A stretch of 64,000 bases of DNA from Verrucomicrobiota bacterium. Its GTDB lineage: Bacteria; Verrucomicrobiota; Verrucomicrobiia; Limisphaerales; AAA164-E04. The position numbers and the translations under genes are program-made. This document shows, one piece after another, positions 1 through 10,263 of this stretch. The stretch spans positions 3,008,001-3,072,000 of the forward strand of contig CP170459.1 of the NCBI GenBank assembly GCA_047947115.1, given 5' to 3'. Below the pieces are notes generated by a model. That model was not told the DNA's origin and did not search any database. It saw nothing but the letters and a program-made list of their open reading frames with translations. Numbering within the stretch: position 1 is the first letter of the stretch; each line of letters opens with the position of its first letter.

Positions 1-348
1 TACTATTTTGAAACGGCTGGGGATGACAACTGGATGGGAGCGCATTTCTTTACCGGTGGCATCATGCCCAGCGATCATCTGCTGCTTTACTTCCAGGACC
101 ACATGGCCATCGATCAGCATTGGGTTGTCAATGGAACGAACTATCAGAAGACTTCTCTCGCCTGGCTTGAGAACACCGACAAACATAAGCAGGAAATCAT
201 CGATTTGTTCGAGAAAACCTATGGCACGGGCAAAGGCAACCTTTGGTATCAGCGATGGAGGATTTTCTACCTTTCGTGTGCGGAACTTTTTGGATTTCGC
301 AGAGGCAGGGAATGGTGGGTTTCCCACTACTTGTTCAAAAAACGTTAA
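1..348 (+). CDS. SAM-dependent methyltransferase, cyclopropane-fatty-acid synthase-like (5' partial)
   Basis: Frame is open from base 1. It contains WM..HFFTGGIMPS, NGTNYQKT...W and WRIFYLSCAELFG, typical of the C-terminus of this family. Confidence 0.8.
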   Translation, partial: YYFETAGDDNWMGAHFFTGGIMPSDHLLLYFQDHMAIDQHWVVNGTNYQKTSLAWLENTDKHKQEIIDLFEKTYGTGKGNLWYQRWRIFYLSCAELFGFRRGREWWVSHYLFKKR

Positions 349-363
349 ACCCGGGCACACTGA

Positions 364-1173
364 TTGAATTATTCTAACCTTACTTCAGGAATCGTCGCCA
401 TCATTCTGTTTCAGACGATATTGTGGCTGATCAGTCTGCGCAAAAAGGATGCGAGTATTGTCGACTCCTTTTGGGGAATGCTTTTTGTTCTCCTTGCGGG
501 GACCTACATGGCTTCCAGCGGGGTCGCTTCGGGAAGAAGCGTCCTTGTCATTATCTTGGTCACAATCTGGGCTAGCCGGCTCTCCCTCCATATACATTCA
601 CGAAATCATGGCAAAGGTGAAGATTATCGCTACGAGGCAATGCGGCGGGAACATGGCCCAGGCAAGTTCTGGTGGTACAGCTACATCAGCGTGTTTCTTT
701 TGCAGGGCGGACTGGCTGTTCTGGTAAGCATGCCATTACTGGCAATCATGTCATCTCCGGGCGAAACATGGAACATATTGGATCTGCTGGGATTGGGCCT
801 CTGGGTGTTTGGTTTTTATTTTGAGGCTGTCTCGGATCATCAACTTGTGACATTCAAATCAAACCCGGAGAACAAAGGCAAGTTGCTTACCAGAGGACTA
901 TGGGCCTATACCCGTCACCCGAATTACTTTGGTGACACGGTCGTCTGGTGGTCTTACTTTGTCTTTGCCTTGGCTGCAGGGCATTGGTGGTCATTCCCTG
1001 GCTCCTTGGTAATGACTCTCTTCATCTTCCATGTCAGCGGAGTAAAACTATTGGAAAAAAGCCTCACCCGTTCTAAACCGGGTTATGAGGATTACATCCG
1101 CCAGACTCCGGCGTTCGTACCCAATCTCAATCCCATGTTGCGTGATTTTAAACATTGGCTGAAGAGCCTATGA
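364..1173 (+). CDS. DUF1295 / steroid 5-alpha-reductase-like membrane protein
   Basis: DASIVDSFWG, GEDYRY and GLWAYTRHPNYFG motifs; multiple TM segments. Confidence 0.85.
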   Translation: MNYSNLTSGIVAIILFQTILWLISLRKKDASIVDSFWGMLFVLLAGTYMASSGVASGRSVLVIILVTIWASRLSLHIHSRNHGKGEDYRYEAMRREHGPGKFWWYSYISVFLLQGGLAVLVSMPLLAIMSSPGETWNILDLLGLGLWVFGFYFEAVSDHQLVTFKSNPENKGKLLTRGLWAYTRHPNYFGDTVVWWSYFVFALAAGHWWSFPGSLVMTLFIFHVSGVKLLEKSLTRSKPGYEDYIRQTPAFVPNLNPMLRDFKHWLKSL

Positions 1174-2510
1174 TCATTGGCCCACAAAAGCTTCTGACTC
1201 GCCCTCAGAGAATGGGCTACGGGATGGCTGAATTCGGCATCACGGGATCCGAGGTGCTTGTCCGGATTGGTCTGCTGATTTTTTACACGAACGCTGTCGG
1301 GTTAAGACCCGATCTCGCCGGTTATGCAATAGCGCTGAGCGTCTTTTGGGATGCGATGACCGATCCCATCATGGGAAAAATCAGCGATCATTTCCCTTAT
1401 AAAGGTCAAAGACGACGTCCCTTCATCGCCCTGGGTTCATTGATGCTTTCTGTAAGTCTGCTGGCCCTTTTCAACCCTCCGAAGATCGAAGGTCAGGCAG
1501 GTAAATTTTTCTACCTCTTGATAAGCTATATGTTCTTTAACACCTCCATGACCGTCATCGCAGTGCCACACTCGGCCTTTGCCGGTGATCTTACCCACAA
1601 CGAGGAAGAAAGGACTGAACTCTTTGGGTGGCGACTGTTCTTTGCGAATGCGGGCCTGATTCTTGGTTCAGTCATTCCGGGCATTGCATTAGCAGTCTTT
1701 GCCTTGGAATCATCACAGGCGGATCAGGTTGCCTGCTTTGTCATTGTCGGATTCATTATCATCTCCTCAACAGTCACTCTCATTGTTACCAAGGGCCGGG
1801 ACAAACCACCGCCTCGGCAAAAATCCCCACCCTTGTTTGAAGGAATTTTTCATTCCGTCAGGCAACGTAATTTCCAAAAACTGATACTGGCTTATTTCAT
1901 CGCCAACATCGGACTTTCGCTGAATTCAGCACTTGCGCTCTACTATTACAACTACTCTCTCAAACTACCGGAAACACAAACCCGCTTGATCATTGCTGTA
2001 TTCATCATGGTATTTACCATTTGCATTCCGCTGTGGATCGTTCAGACAAAGAAAACATCCAAGACTGCACTGATTTTCTGGAACATACTGGGTTTGGGGT
2101 TGATGACATGCGTCGGGTACCCGCTTTTTCCCGCAGAGAATTCGAATTGGCCGTTGATTGCCGCCATTTTGGGAGGCTTCTTCATTGCGGTCGTCGTTCT
2201 GCTGGACGTTGCCGTCGCTGATGAAGTAGATCGTGATGTGGAGGGAGAACGAGACGCTTTTGGAGCATACTTCGGTTTATGGAAAATGGCAGGTAAAGTC
2301 GCACGAGCTTTTGCGCTGGCAGCGTCCGGGCAACTACTGCATTGGATTCAGTTTGTTCCCAATGCCACGCAAACCGAACATACCTCCAGAATGTTGAGAT
2401 ATCTATTCGGTCCCGGAGTGGGGGGATTTCTGATATTGGCAGCCTTTTTGATGCTGACTTACAAGGATAAAGCATTCCATTCAGAACCTTCACAATTCAA
2501 GCCAAGATGA
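1170..2510 (+). CDS. MFS transporter, glycoside-pentoside-hexuronide (MelB-like) family
   Basis: WDAMTDPIMGKISD...GQRRRPF motif and about 12 hydrophobic segments. The ATG at 1170 overlaps the upstream stop. Confidence 0.85.
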   Translation: MIIGPQKLLTRPQRMGYGMAEFGITGSEVLVRIGLLIFYTNAVGLRPDLAGYAIALSVFWDAMTDPIMGKISDHFPYKGQRRRPFIALGSLMLSVSLLALFNPPKIEGQAGKFFYLLISYMFFNTSMTVIAVPHSAFAGDLTHNEEERTELFGWRLFFANAGLILGSVIPGIALAVFALESSQADQVACFVIVGFIIISSTVTLIVTKGRDKPPPRQKSPPLFEGIFHSVRQRNFQKLILAYFIANIGLSLNSALALYYYNYSLKLPETQTRLIIAVFIMVFTICIPLWIVQTKKTSKTALIFWNILGLGLMTCVGYPLFPAENSNWPLIAAILGGFFIAVVVLLDVAVADEVDRDVEGERDAFGAYFGLWKMAGKVARAFALAASGQLLHWIQFVPNATQTEHTSRMLRYLFGPGVGGFLILAAFLMLTYKDKAFHSEPSQFKPR

Positions 2511-2819
2511 TATGTTTGGTGCATTATTTGAGTCTGCTGATGGAACGAAAGCGTTTAATAAACCCCATAGGGCAAAATGCCACAAGGTGGGGGTGGTATT
2601 TGAGTGAGCTGAAAACCCGAAAATTGGGCTTTGGTTTCCTGATTGGTGTCTCCATGCCAGCGGTGTCAGATTACTGAGATCTTGCCCCCGCCCACCAATG
2701 GAACTAAACAACAATCAAGTGCCGCATTTTTCAACTGCCCCCCGCTGCACTTTTCGGCCGCCCTTCACAGCAACAACATCAAGCCAATCTAGTGCAGCAG
2801 CCAATTACTTCTCCGACCG

Positions 2820-2972
2820 CCCCAAATATTTGGCAATTATTTGGTTTTCGACCATAGCGCACCAGAGTGCGCCACAGCAGACCACAAACTTGGTTGTAAT
2901 TGCAATGCGGTGCGAAAGTTTCTGGGAGCCAGATGGTTTTTGGGCCAAAAAGGGGCTAAAATCGAAGAAAAT
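2820..2972. repeat. Diverged copy of the prophage right-end att arm (44294-44446)
   Basis: Both copies share CCCCAAATATTTGGCAATTATTTGGTTT, GCACCAGAGT, GCAATGCGGTGCGAAAGTTTCTG and AAAATCGAAGAAAATTGG in the same order. Confidence 0.9.
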
Positions 2973-3306
<334 letters not shown>

Positions 3307-3315
3307 TGGAATTAA

Positions 3316-3372
3316 CGAAGAAAATTGGTTGCGGGGACAGGATTTGAACCTGTGACCTTCAGGTTATGAGCC
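3316..3372. repeat. Prophage att core, left (displaced 3' half of tRNA-fMet)
   Basis: 57-bp exact direct repeat of 44437-44493, adjacent to the integrase. Confidence 0.95.
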
Positions 3373-3406
3373 GATAGCTGTAGACCTAATAACCAGTCGG
3401 TTATAC

Positions 3407-3480
3407 AATATTTGGATCAATTATTTGGTAATTGTTTGGTTTGGGGGATATAATGCACCAGAACGCACCACACTGCACCA
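3407..3480 (+). promoter_or_regulatory. Putative integrase arm / Xis binding repeats
   Basis: TATTTGG-like repeats at 3407, 3419 and 3430, and GCACCA at 3455/3465/3475 (10-bp period). Related repeats occur at 44294-44360 and 2820-2885. Confidence 0.65.
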
Positions 3481-3507
3481 GAGCGCGTTACAAACTAAAA
3501 AAAACCG

Positions 3508-4806
3508 ATGTGCCTAGAAATTAGAAAGTCCAGCAAGTGGTGGTACGGGGTCTTCCGTATCAACGGCGAGAGGACCGTTATTAACCTGCGAGTCCCCATT
3601 ACCGGCAAGCGACCGCCTAAGCGCACCATGCTGGGTGATGACGAGTTTGAGCGGTCACGAGGGAGGGCGCAGCAGGCGTATGAAAAGCAATTCGAGCAGA
3701 TAGAATCCGACCGGACTGGGCAGAAGGCCGTCGCCAAGCTGGCCGAAATGAAGACCGGCAAAGTGGTAGCTTTCCCGGCCCTTGCTGAATTGCCATTGAA
3801 CTGGGATACGATCCCCAGACGCAAGCCCCCGTCCGAGCGATACCGGAACCAATGTCGACTTACTCTGGAACGATTTGCCAAGTATGTCACCAATCACCAA
3901 AAGGGAGCGGTTGAATTTGTTGCCGTCACTCCAAAGACGGCGAAGGATTTCATGGCTGCCGAGGAAGCACGCGGCATCAGTCCGAAGACTTGGAACGACA
4001 CCCTCAAACTGCTTCGGACCACCTTCAAGCATCTTCACCCAAGTTTGAACGATGGGAGTAACCCGTTCCACGGTCTGATTACCAAGGCAACGGAAACCAT
4101 TAACCGAATCCCGTTTACCGTCGAGCAACTCAAAGCAATAACGGAAGCCTGCACCGATGACGACATGATCCGCCCCGTCATCATTACGGGAATGTGTACT
4201 GCAATGCGGCGTGGTGATTGTTGCTTGCTTAAATGGTGCGATGTAGATCTGACCGCCGGATTCCTGACCGTCAAAACAGCCAAGACCGGTCAGACAGTGG
4301 ATATTCCGATTTTCCCCATGCTCAGAGAGGAGCTGAACAAGGCAATGACGGCAACTGCCGGCAAAGGATACTGTTTCCCTGATGCCGCGCTGATGTATCA
4401 ATCCAATTCTGACGGCATCACCTGGCGGGTGAAAAAGGTTTTGGCTCAGGCCCTGGAAGGCCAATCTTTGCAAGTCGCACGGAAGACTGGGAAAAGAAAA
4501 GCATCAGTTCATGACTTCCATTCCTTCCGGGTGACGTGGATCACGTTGGCTCTAGCATCCGGAGTCCCCCTGGAATTGGTTCAGCGTGTCACCGGCCACC
4601 GGACTGTTGAAGTCGTCATGAAGCACTACTTCAAACCTGGGCGGGAGGATTTCCGACAGGCTCTCCTTAAAAGCATGCCTCAAATGATGAGTGAAAAGGC
4701 GAGCGGTTCGGTCAAAGAGGAGATTCGTGCAATTTTGGAGAAAATGACTATTCAATCACTGGAGCTTGATAAACGGAAGTTGCTTGAACTTATTGATATG
4801 GTATAG
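3508..4806 (+). CDS. int: Tyrosine recombinase / phage integrase
   Basis: TAMRRGD (R), KTAKT (K), HSFR, and TGH...MKHY catalytic residues. Confidence 0.95.
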   Translation: MCLEIRKSSKWWYGVFRINGERTVINLRVPITGKRPPKRTMLGDDEFERSRGRAQQAYEKQFEQIESDRTGQKAVAKLAEMKTGKVVAFPALAELPLNWDTIPRRKPPSERYRNQCRLTLERFAKYVTNHQKGAVEFVAVTPKTAKDFMAAEEARGISPKTWNDTLKLLRTTFKHLHPSLNDGSNPFHGLITKATETINRIPFTVEQLKAITEACTDDDMIRPVIITGMCTAMRRGDCCLLKWCDVDLTAGFLTVKTAKTGQTVDIPIFPMLREELNKAMTATAGKGYCFPDAALMYQSNSDGITWRVKKVLAQALEGQSLQVARKTGKRKASVHDFHSFRVTWITLALASGVPLELVQRVTGHRTVEVVMKHYFKPGREDFRQALLKSMPQMMSEKASGSVKEEIRAILEKMTIQSLELDKRKLLELIDMV

Positions 4807-4851
4807 TGAGCAGATTCCCGAGGTTATTGTCAAAAAGGAGAGAGTATCACC

Positions 4852-5583
4852 ATGACTAAAGTAATCACAGCATTTCTCGCGATCATCATTCTGACCCCAG
4901 AAGCAGAAGCGGAGGATCTTCTGCGTTTCAAAAGTAAGTTTCTAGGGGATGGAGTCTTCGAATACGAACTGGATTTTCCTGATGACCGATTTATCGATTT
5001 CGTGAATTTCGATTCTGTGGATTTTAGTGGATGGCAGAGTGGAATCATACTTGATTCCGAGTTTGCAGATAAATGGAGCGAAACCACAAGAGGCTGGCGC
5101 CATGATCCTATTATTTGGGAGACGGTCCCATATGCATCTAAGTTTCGATTGAAAGCAAACTCTGATGCATACCAGGTTTCTAACGTTACAATTGTCTTCA
5201 CTTATCATATGTACCCTTGGGCGGCTCTGGACGGACTTCCAAACAGTATGGAGACACCGCCGAAAACCCGGCTATATGTCAATATGCCTTGCCTGATTCC
5301 CTGTCAGCCGTCAGTGGCAGACGATTCACCTCCAGAACAGATTGCTACTTCACCGGGTTTCACAGACGTAAGAATAGATAGCCTAATCTTCACAAGAGGC
5401 AGACCAACGGGCATTAAATTTGAGGCGCACAATGGAATGCCTGTAAAAATTGAAACAAGCAATGATCTCGACAATTGGGAGAACATAGGTAACACAAAGG
5501 GAACAAGGGGACTAACCACTTGGCATTTCGCTCGTCCAAGCGATGCGGAGAATCAATTCTTTCGCGTTGTTGTTGGGCCATGA
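4852..5583 (+). CDS. Exported hypothetical protein (cargo)
   Basis: Signal peptide, and a C-terminal IETSNDLDNW...FFRVV motif resembling Verrucomicrobia exported proteins. Confidence 0.65.
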   Translation: MTKVITAFLAIIILTPEAEAEDLLRFKSKFLGDGVFEYELDFPDDRFIDFVNFDSVDFSGWQSGIILDSEFADKWSETTRGWRHDPIIWETVPYASKFRLKANSDAYQVSNVTIVFTYHMYPWAALDGLPNSMETPPKTRLYVNMPCLIPCQPSVADDSPPEQIATSPGFTDVRIDSLIFTRGRPTGIKFEAHNGMPVKIETSNDLDNWENIGNTKGTRGLTTWHFARPSDAENQFFRVVVGP

Positions 5584-5662
5584 CCATTGTGAATTAAACC
5601 CATGCGAGCTTGTGCGAAGATTCCTAGTTCGTGCTTTCGGAACCACTAAATGGTTTACCCAC

Positions 5663-5719
5663 TGTTAAAAATTTAACAAACAGCTTGACCTTGCGGTGGT
5701 TTCTGTTAAATTTTTAGCA
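5663..5719 (+). promoter_or_regulatory. Promoter with two palindromic operators for the BlaI-like repressor
   Basis: TGTTAAAAATTTAACA (5663-5678) and TGTTAAATTTTTAGCA (5704-5719) flank TTGACC (5685). The second overlaps a TGnTAAATT -10-like element. Confidence 0.7.
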
Positions 5720-5726
5720 ATTAGTC

Positions 5727-6110
5727 ATGAATCTCGATTTCCAATTATCCAAACGTGAAAGACAAATCATGGAGATTTTGCTTTCCCAACCGTCAGCTAC
5801 AGCAGCCGATATTCGATTTTTAATGCCGGAGGCCCCCAGCGATTCGGCTGTCAGAACCCATCTCCGTATATTGGTTGAAAAGGGATATGCACAGCATCGC
5901 AAAGAGGGAAACAAATTTGTTTATTCGGCAAAAGTCTCCAAGAACAAGGCACGGAAATCTGCCCTTCAAAGAATTCTGACTACTTTTTTCGGTGGATCTG
6001 TGGACACAGCTGTAACGGCCTTGTTGGATGTTTCAGACACGCAACTGTCAAAGGCTGAAATAAACCAAATTCAGGGAATCATCGACAAAGCCAAAAAGAG
6101 AGGTAAGTGA
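5727..6110 (+). CDS. BlaI/MecI/CopY family repressor
   Basis: LSKRERQIMEIL, VRTHLRILVEKG and FFGGS motifs. Confidence 0.92.
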   Translation: MNLDFQLSKRERQIMEILLSQPSATAADIRFLMPEAPSDSAVRTHLRILVEKGYAQHRKEGNKFVYSAKVSKNKARKSALQRILTTFFGGSVDTAVTALLDVSDTQLSKAEINQIQGIIDKAKKRGK

Positions 6111-6111
6111 T

Positions 6112-8028
6112 ATGGAATTCAATACGCTATTGATTCACTGGGAGTGGAAGGGAATCGTTTTACTCACTCTGTCCGCCTGTTTTCTCTGGAGCATGCGAAG
6201 GCGTTCGGCACGCCAACGACATCTCTTTCTTTTTTCGGCACTTCTTTCCCTATTGTTGATTCCGGTGGCTCATCGCTGGTTTTCGAACACCACTTCAAGT
6301 CGATTTCAAATCATCCTCCCTTCAGGATGGGAGCAAGTAGAAGATACATTTCAGATCGGTGTCGATACATTGCGATACAGGAATACCACAGACCATGTTC
6401 AACGTGATGACGATTCAGCAATGGTAAATGGTAATACGAACATCGAACCAAATACTGGAAATGCTCCTTATTCGGTATTTCGAATTTCCGATCTGAGATG
6501 GGATATTTTTTGGGGGATTGGAGTCATTCTTTTGATGATACGACTTGGATGGCAGCACTTGCAGCTGGCACGATTGATCCTAATATCTCCGGAAATCGAA
6601 GATGACCGATTGAAACGGTTGCTTGAACAGACCGTTCTTGATGTGAGGCTGGGCTCCACCCCGAATATGATCGAAACCACCATGCTTGAGGTGCCCGCAA
6701 CTTGGGGGTGGTTCCGGCCGGTTATTTGCTTACCGGCCGGAGCAAGCAGTTGGTCTTCTGAAATCCTAAAGACGGTATTGGAACATGAATGCTCCCACAT
6801 CAAACGCCGAGATTTCCTTTGCCTACATATTGCCAAGATGATTCGTGCGCTGACTTGGTGCAATCCTCTAAGTTGGTGGGCAATTCGTCGATTGCGCAAT
6901 GACATGGAACTTGCCTGTGACGAACAAATCATCGCCAGGGGCACGTCACCATCGCAATACGCTCAGACGCTGCTCAATATGACTCAATTAACTTCTCGGA
7001 TTCCATCCATCTCAGCTATACCTATGGCATCGAAGTCCAACATTCAAAGTAGGATAGAAGCAGTGGTTGCGAAGGACCAAGGAGCCGACACACGCCGGAT
7101 TCGTAAAGAGTGCGTATACATTGCCGGAGTCGCCATGCTTGCTTTGTTCATTGGATGTCAGGGCAGCTCTCCAAAACAAACCATGGCCAATGACTCGAAC
7201 ACTCAATCGCAGCTACCGATGTACGAAAACTTTTCCATCGATGCATGGTTTTTCCCGGAGTTTGTGCGTCAGGAGGATGAATTGAACCACTGGCCAGAAG
7301 TTCCACCCCGTGAAGTGCATGCGTTTAGGGCGTTTGGCGTAAAGGGAGTGGCATACTTGATTGAACGATTGGAGGGAAAACCTCTTGAAAGAATCATCAA
7401 ACTTGAATCCGTTCCAGAGGGAGTCAGAGAACGACTCAGAGAACGGGCTAGAAAACAGCAAGAAACAACTAAACGACACACGGCCGCTCGTCTACTGGGT
7501 GACCTTGGCAAGGATGCAACCGAAGCCATTCCATATCTGGAGGAGGCGGCCAATGATGAAGATTGGTTGCTTAGAGTAGGAGCCAAAGTTGCGTTAATGA
7601 AAATTCGAAATGAACCCATTGATCCATTAATTGACGAGCTATCAGCAACCCTCGGGCATCAGCATTGGAACCGAACAGCAATCATGGTAGGTCAGTTTGG
7701 ATCGCAGGCGGAGAAAGCAATTCCCATCCTCTTGGATATGCTTGAGAAACCTGAAACCATGGATGCTCTCGCAATTGATGCTCACGCAATTGATGCTTTG
7801 GGCATGATAGCCGGACAACCAGAAAAATGTGTTCCTGCGATTGCCGAATTTCTGAAGCATCCGTCAACGGCCTGTCGCCAGAAAGCCATCACGGCCTTGA
7901 TGAGCTTTGCAGAACATAACCAACTTGTGTTACCTGCTCTCCAATCTGCGACAAAAGACAAAGATGGATTGGTAAGTTCACGGGCAAAATGGATCATCGG
8001 GATGTTAGAAAAAGGAAACGCAGAGTAA
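6112..8028 (+). CDS. BlaR1-like M56 metallopeptidase with C-terminal HEAT-repeat domain
   Basis: HECSHIKRRD zinc motif, WCNPLSW and ELACDE. The C-terminus has HEAT-like repeats (AARLLGDLGKDA.EAIP.L) instead of a penicillin-binding domain. Confidence 0.9.
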   Translation: MEFNTLLIHWEWKGIVLLTLSACFLWSMRRRSARQRHLFLFSALLSLLLIPVAHRWFSNTTSSRFQIILPSGWEQVEDTFQIGVDTLRYRNTTDHVQRDDDSAMVNGNTNIEPNTGNAPYSVFRISDLRWDIFWGIGVILLMIRLGWQHLQLARLILISPEIEDDRLKRLLEQTVLDVRLGSTPNMIETTMLEVPATWGWFRPVICLPAGASSWSSEILKTVLEHECSHIKRRDFLCLHIAKMIRALTWCNPLSWWAIRRLRNDMELACDEQIIARGTSPSQYAQTLLNMTQLTSRIPSISAIPMASKSNIQSRIEAVVAKDQGADTRRIRKECVYIAGVAMLALFIGCQGSSPKQTMANDSNTQSQLPMYENFSIDAWFFPEFVRQEDELNHWPEVPPREVHAFRAFGVKGVAYLIERLEGKPLERIIKLESVPEGVRERLRERARKQQETTKRHTAARLLGDLGKDATEAIPYLEEAANDEDWLLRVGAKVALMKIRNEPIDPLIDELSATLGHQHWNRTAIMVGQFGSQAEKAIPILLDMLEKPETMDALAIDAHAIDALGMIAGQPEKCVPAIAEFLKHPSTACRQKAITALMSFAEHNQLVLPALQSATKDKDGLVSSRAKWIIGMLEKGNAE

Positions 8029-8111
8029 TGTGACCCTTCTTTCTGAAATCGATCCTCCTGTCAATAGTAGAAGCTGACAACGAATTAAACGTAAGTTCCA
8101 TTGTGCGAAGA

Positions 8112-8930
8112 TTATTGGTTGGACTCTTGCTTGTTGTTACCTATTTTGCGATTTAATTTTTCAATCAACTTGGACGCTCTGCGACTTACAAAAGGGTCCG
8201 GATCTCGAACAAGTGGTTTTAAAAAGTGGATCGCACGTTCTGGTTGGTGCATGCTTGCTATACGATAGGTGGCCCAAAGTCGATCATTGCTTGTAGATCT
8301 GATTCCGTTATACAAAACCGAATGCACATAATTTGATGATTCGTTGGAGTATTTGTTATCTAGTTCTGCTAAAGCATTGTAAGAAAACAATTTGTCAGAT
8401 GTGCTTGTGCTGTTTGTGTGTTGGGATAAGGCATGTATAATATTGATCGAATTGTTTCCAATCTTCCCGATAAACCTGTAGGCATGCTGGCGGGTCGCGA
8501 GTTGATATTTTGATTCGTCCAAATATTTCGTGAAATACTGAGCTGCCTGAGGTCCGTATTCTTCCATCAATCCAAAAATCTCATAGTCTACATCATTCTT
8601 CAACTTCAGTGGATAGCGAGTTCTAACATAGTTGGGCATCCATGACCATATTGTGGTTTTCAACTTATTCATGGCAGTTGAGTGAGTTTCCGCGTTCTTG
8701 CTCAACCATATTAGCCCTTCTGGCCCTGAATCTACTAAAGCCTTTCTGGCATCCATTGCATCATCTAATCGTCCTTCTGCTGAGGCTGCTCGTATTTTGT
8801 GTAGAATAGATGAGTAGTGGAAATTATTGATTATTGAAACGGGACTCTTGGTGAAAAGACTGAAGTAAGTAATTACGAAAATTACTGAGAACAGAATGAT
8901 CATCCGTTTTTTTCTGGTCGTTGTCATCAT
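8112..8930 (-). CDS. Membrane-anchored helical/HEAT-like hypothetical protein (cargo)
   Basis: Basic N-terminus plus a TM segment; LVRDPDPFVSRRA HEAT-like end; visibly AT-rich. Confidence 0.6.
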   Translation of the reverse strand: MMTTTRKKRMIILFSVIFVITYFSLFTKSPVSIINNFHYSSILHKIRAASAEGRLDDAMDARKALVDSGPEGLIWLSKNAETHSTAMNKLKTTIWSWMPNYVRTRYPLKLKNDVDYEIFGLMEEYGPQAAQYFTKYLDESKYQLATRQHAYRFIGKIGNNSINIIHALSQHTNSTSTSDKLFSYNALAELDNKYSNESSNYVHSVLYNGIRSTSNDRLWATYRIASMHQPERAIHFLKPLVRDPDPFVSRRASKLIEKLNRKIGNNKQESNQ

Positions 8931-9102
8931 GTCAAAAATACCTCTGTTTCGTAGCTTTCACGAACGCGTTACCTTAATTCGTAAACAACGGAGCAACAAG
9001 TTCAAATCTGTGTGCATTCAATTTTCTGTGAATAAGTTGTGAATAACTTGAACCCCCTTTAGACAGCCTTTGTCCCACGGTATCCCGCACGGTTGATACC
9101 GT

Positions 9103-10263
9103 ATGAAACATACGCATTTTACCAAACGTAAGTTTCTTGAAGGTATCGGAAAATCCCTGCTTCAAGAACTCTTCACCGCCGCCGATTCCGCTGAATCGGC
9201 GACGACATCCACCCCATCCCCGGAATTACCAGATAAGGACTACTTTGATGCTGTAGCCAAGCTGGCCATGAACCCGGAGCAGCTGCCGGATTCGATCCAG
9301 GAGGCATTTTACGCCATCGAGGAAATGTCTACCGTCGAGGGACAGGATCGATTGCAATCCGCCCTGGATTCCGAAGGCCTCCAACTGGAATTACCCGAAG
9401 ACTCGACCCTGGGAGATTTCGCAACCCGAGTCTTTCTCAAACATCCTTCCCTGTTCGCGACAAAACACAATGAGCAGCGGATGTTCCGATTGTCAGCGTT
9501 CGAGTATCACGTTTCCAAAGAGCCGGAGGATCGATCTGAAACTTTCCAAGAACCAGACAAGGAACAACTCAACCGGCTCTGTTCGGATTTGGATGATTGG
9601 TTTCGAACTCATAACCGGGGGGATCAGACTACGCGCATCTCACCGCACTTCATTGACGGGGAGTATTGGTTTCTGATCCGTCACGGGAACACGTTCGCCC
9701 GGACAACAAAAATCGAACGGCGCACCACCGACGTGCTCCACTACCGTCCAGCAAAGGATGACGTTGTTGTTTACTCTCCCAAGCGGGACGAAATCCGGAT
9801 CAACGCCCAGACCAAGGGAGAGAAGAATCTCTACCGTCAGGTCTTTGGCTGGCGTCTATTTGGGGATAGCGAACATTTCTCCGTGCCCCGGACCTACACC
9901 TTGAAACCCCTCCTGGAACTTGGGGTGGATTCGCTGGAGGTTGATGGAGTCAATGGTCTGTCCAAAGTTGTCCTTCGGGCCTACGAAACTTCAAAGCAAT
10001 CCAGATTCAAAGAAGTCGACATCAAGAAGGCAACGGACATTTTCGAATGTGCCCGTGAGCAGGCAGGAAATCTTCACCCCCTCGCGAAATTGGAAAGTCT
10101 CAATCGAGCCGTCTTTGATCTCTACTTTGAAGGCAGCAAGAAACCTCGTTCGATCCATATCACACCGCCCAATGTCTTGAAACTAAGTCGGCACTGTGAT
10201 GCGGCTACAGTTCATCACTGGCTTCAGCTACGTGGATTTAAGATTGGAAAGGACTGCGCATGA
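9103..10263 (+). CDS. Hypothetical phage protein
   Basis: 386-aa ORF with an ATGA overlap with the next gene. Confidence 0.7.
   Translation: MKHTHFTKRKFLEGIGKSLLQELFTAADSAESATTSTPSPELPDKDYFDAVAKLAMNPEQLPDSIQEAFYAIEEMSTVEGQDRLQSALDSEGLQLELPEDSTLGDFATRVFLKHPSLFATKHNEQRMFRLSAFEYHVSKEPEDRSETFQEPDKEQLNRLCSDLDDWFRTHNRGDQTTRISPHFIDGEYWFLIRHGNTFARTTKIERRTTDVLHYRPAKDDVVVYSPKRDEIRINAQTKGEKNLYRQVFGWRLFGDSEHFSVPRTYTLKPLLELGVDSLEVDGVNGLSKVVLRAYETSKQSRFKEVDIKKATDIFECAREQAGNLHPLAKLESLNRAVFDLYFEGSKKPRSIHITPPNVLKLSRHCDAATVHHWLQLRGFKIGKDCA

Noticed and set aside
5727..8028. Beta-lactam resistance locus
   Set aside because: No beta-lactamase gene and no penicillin-binding sensor domain.
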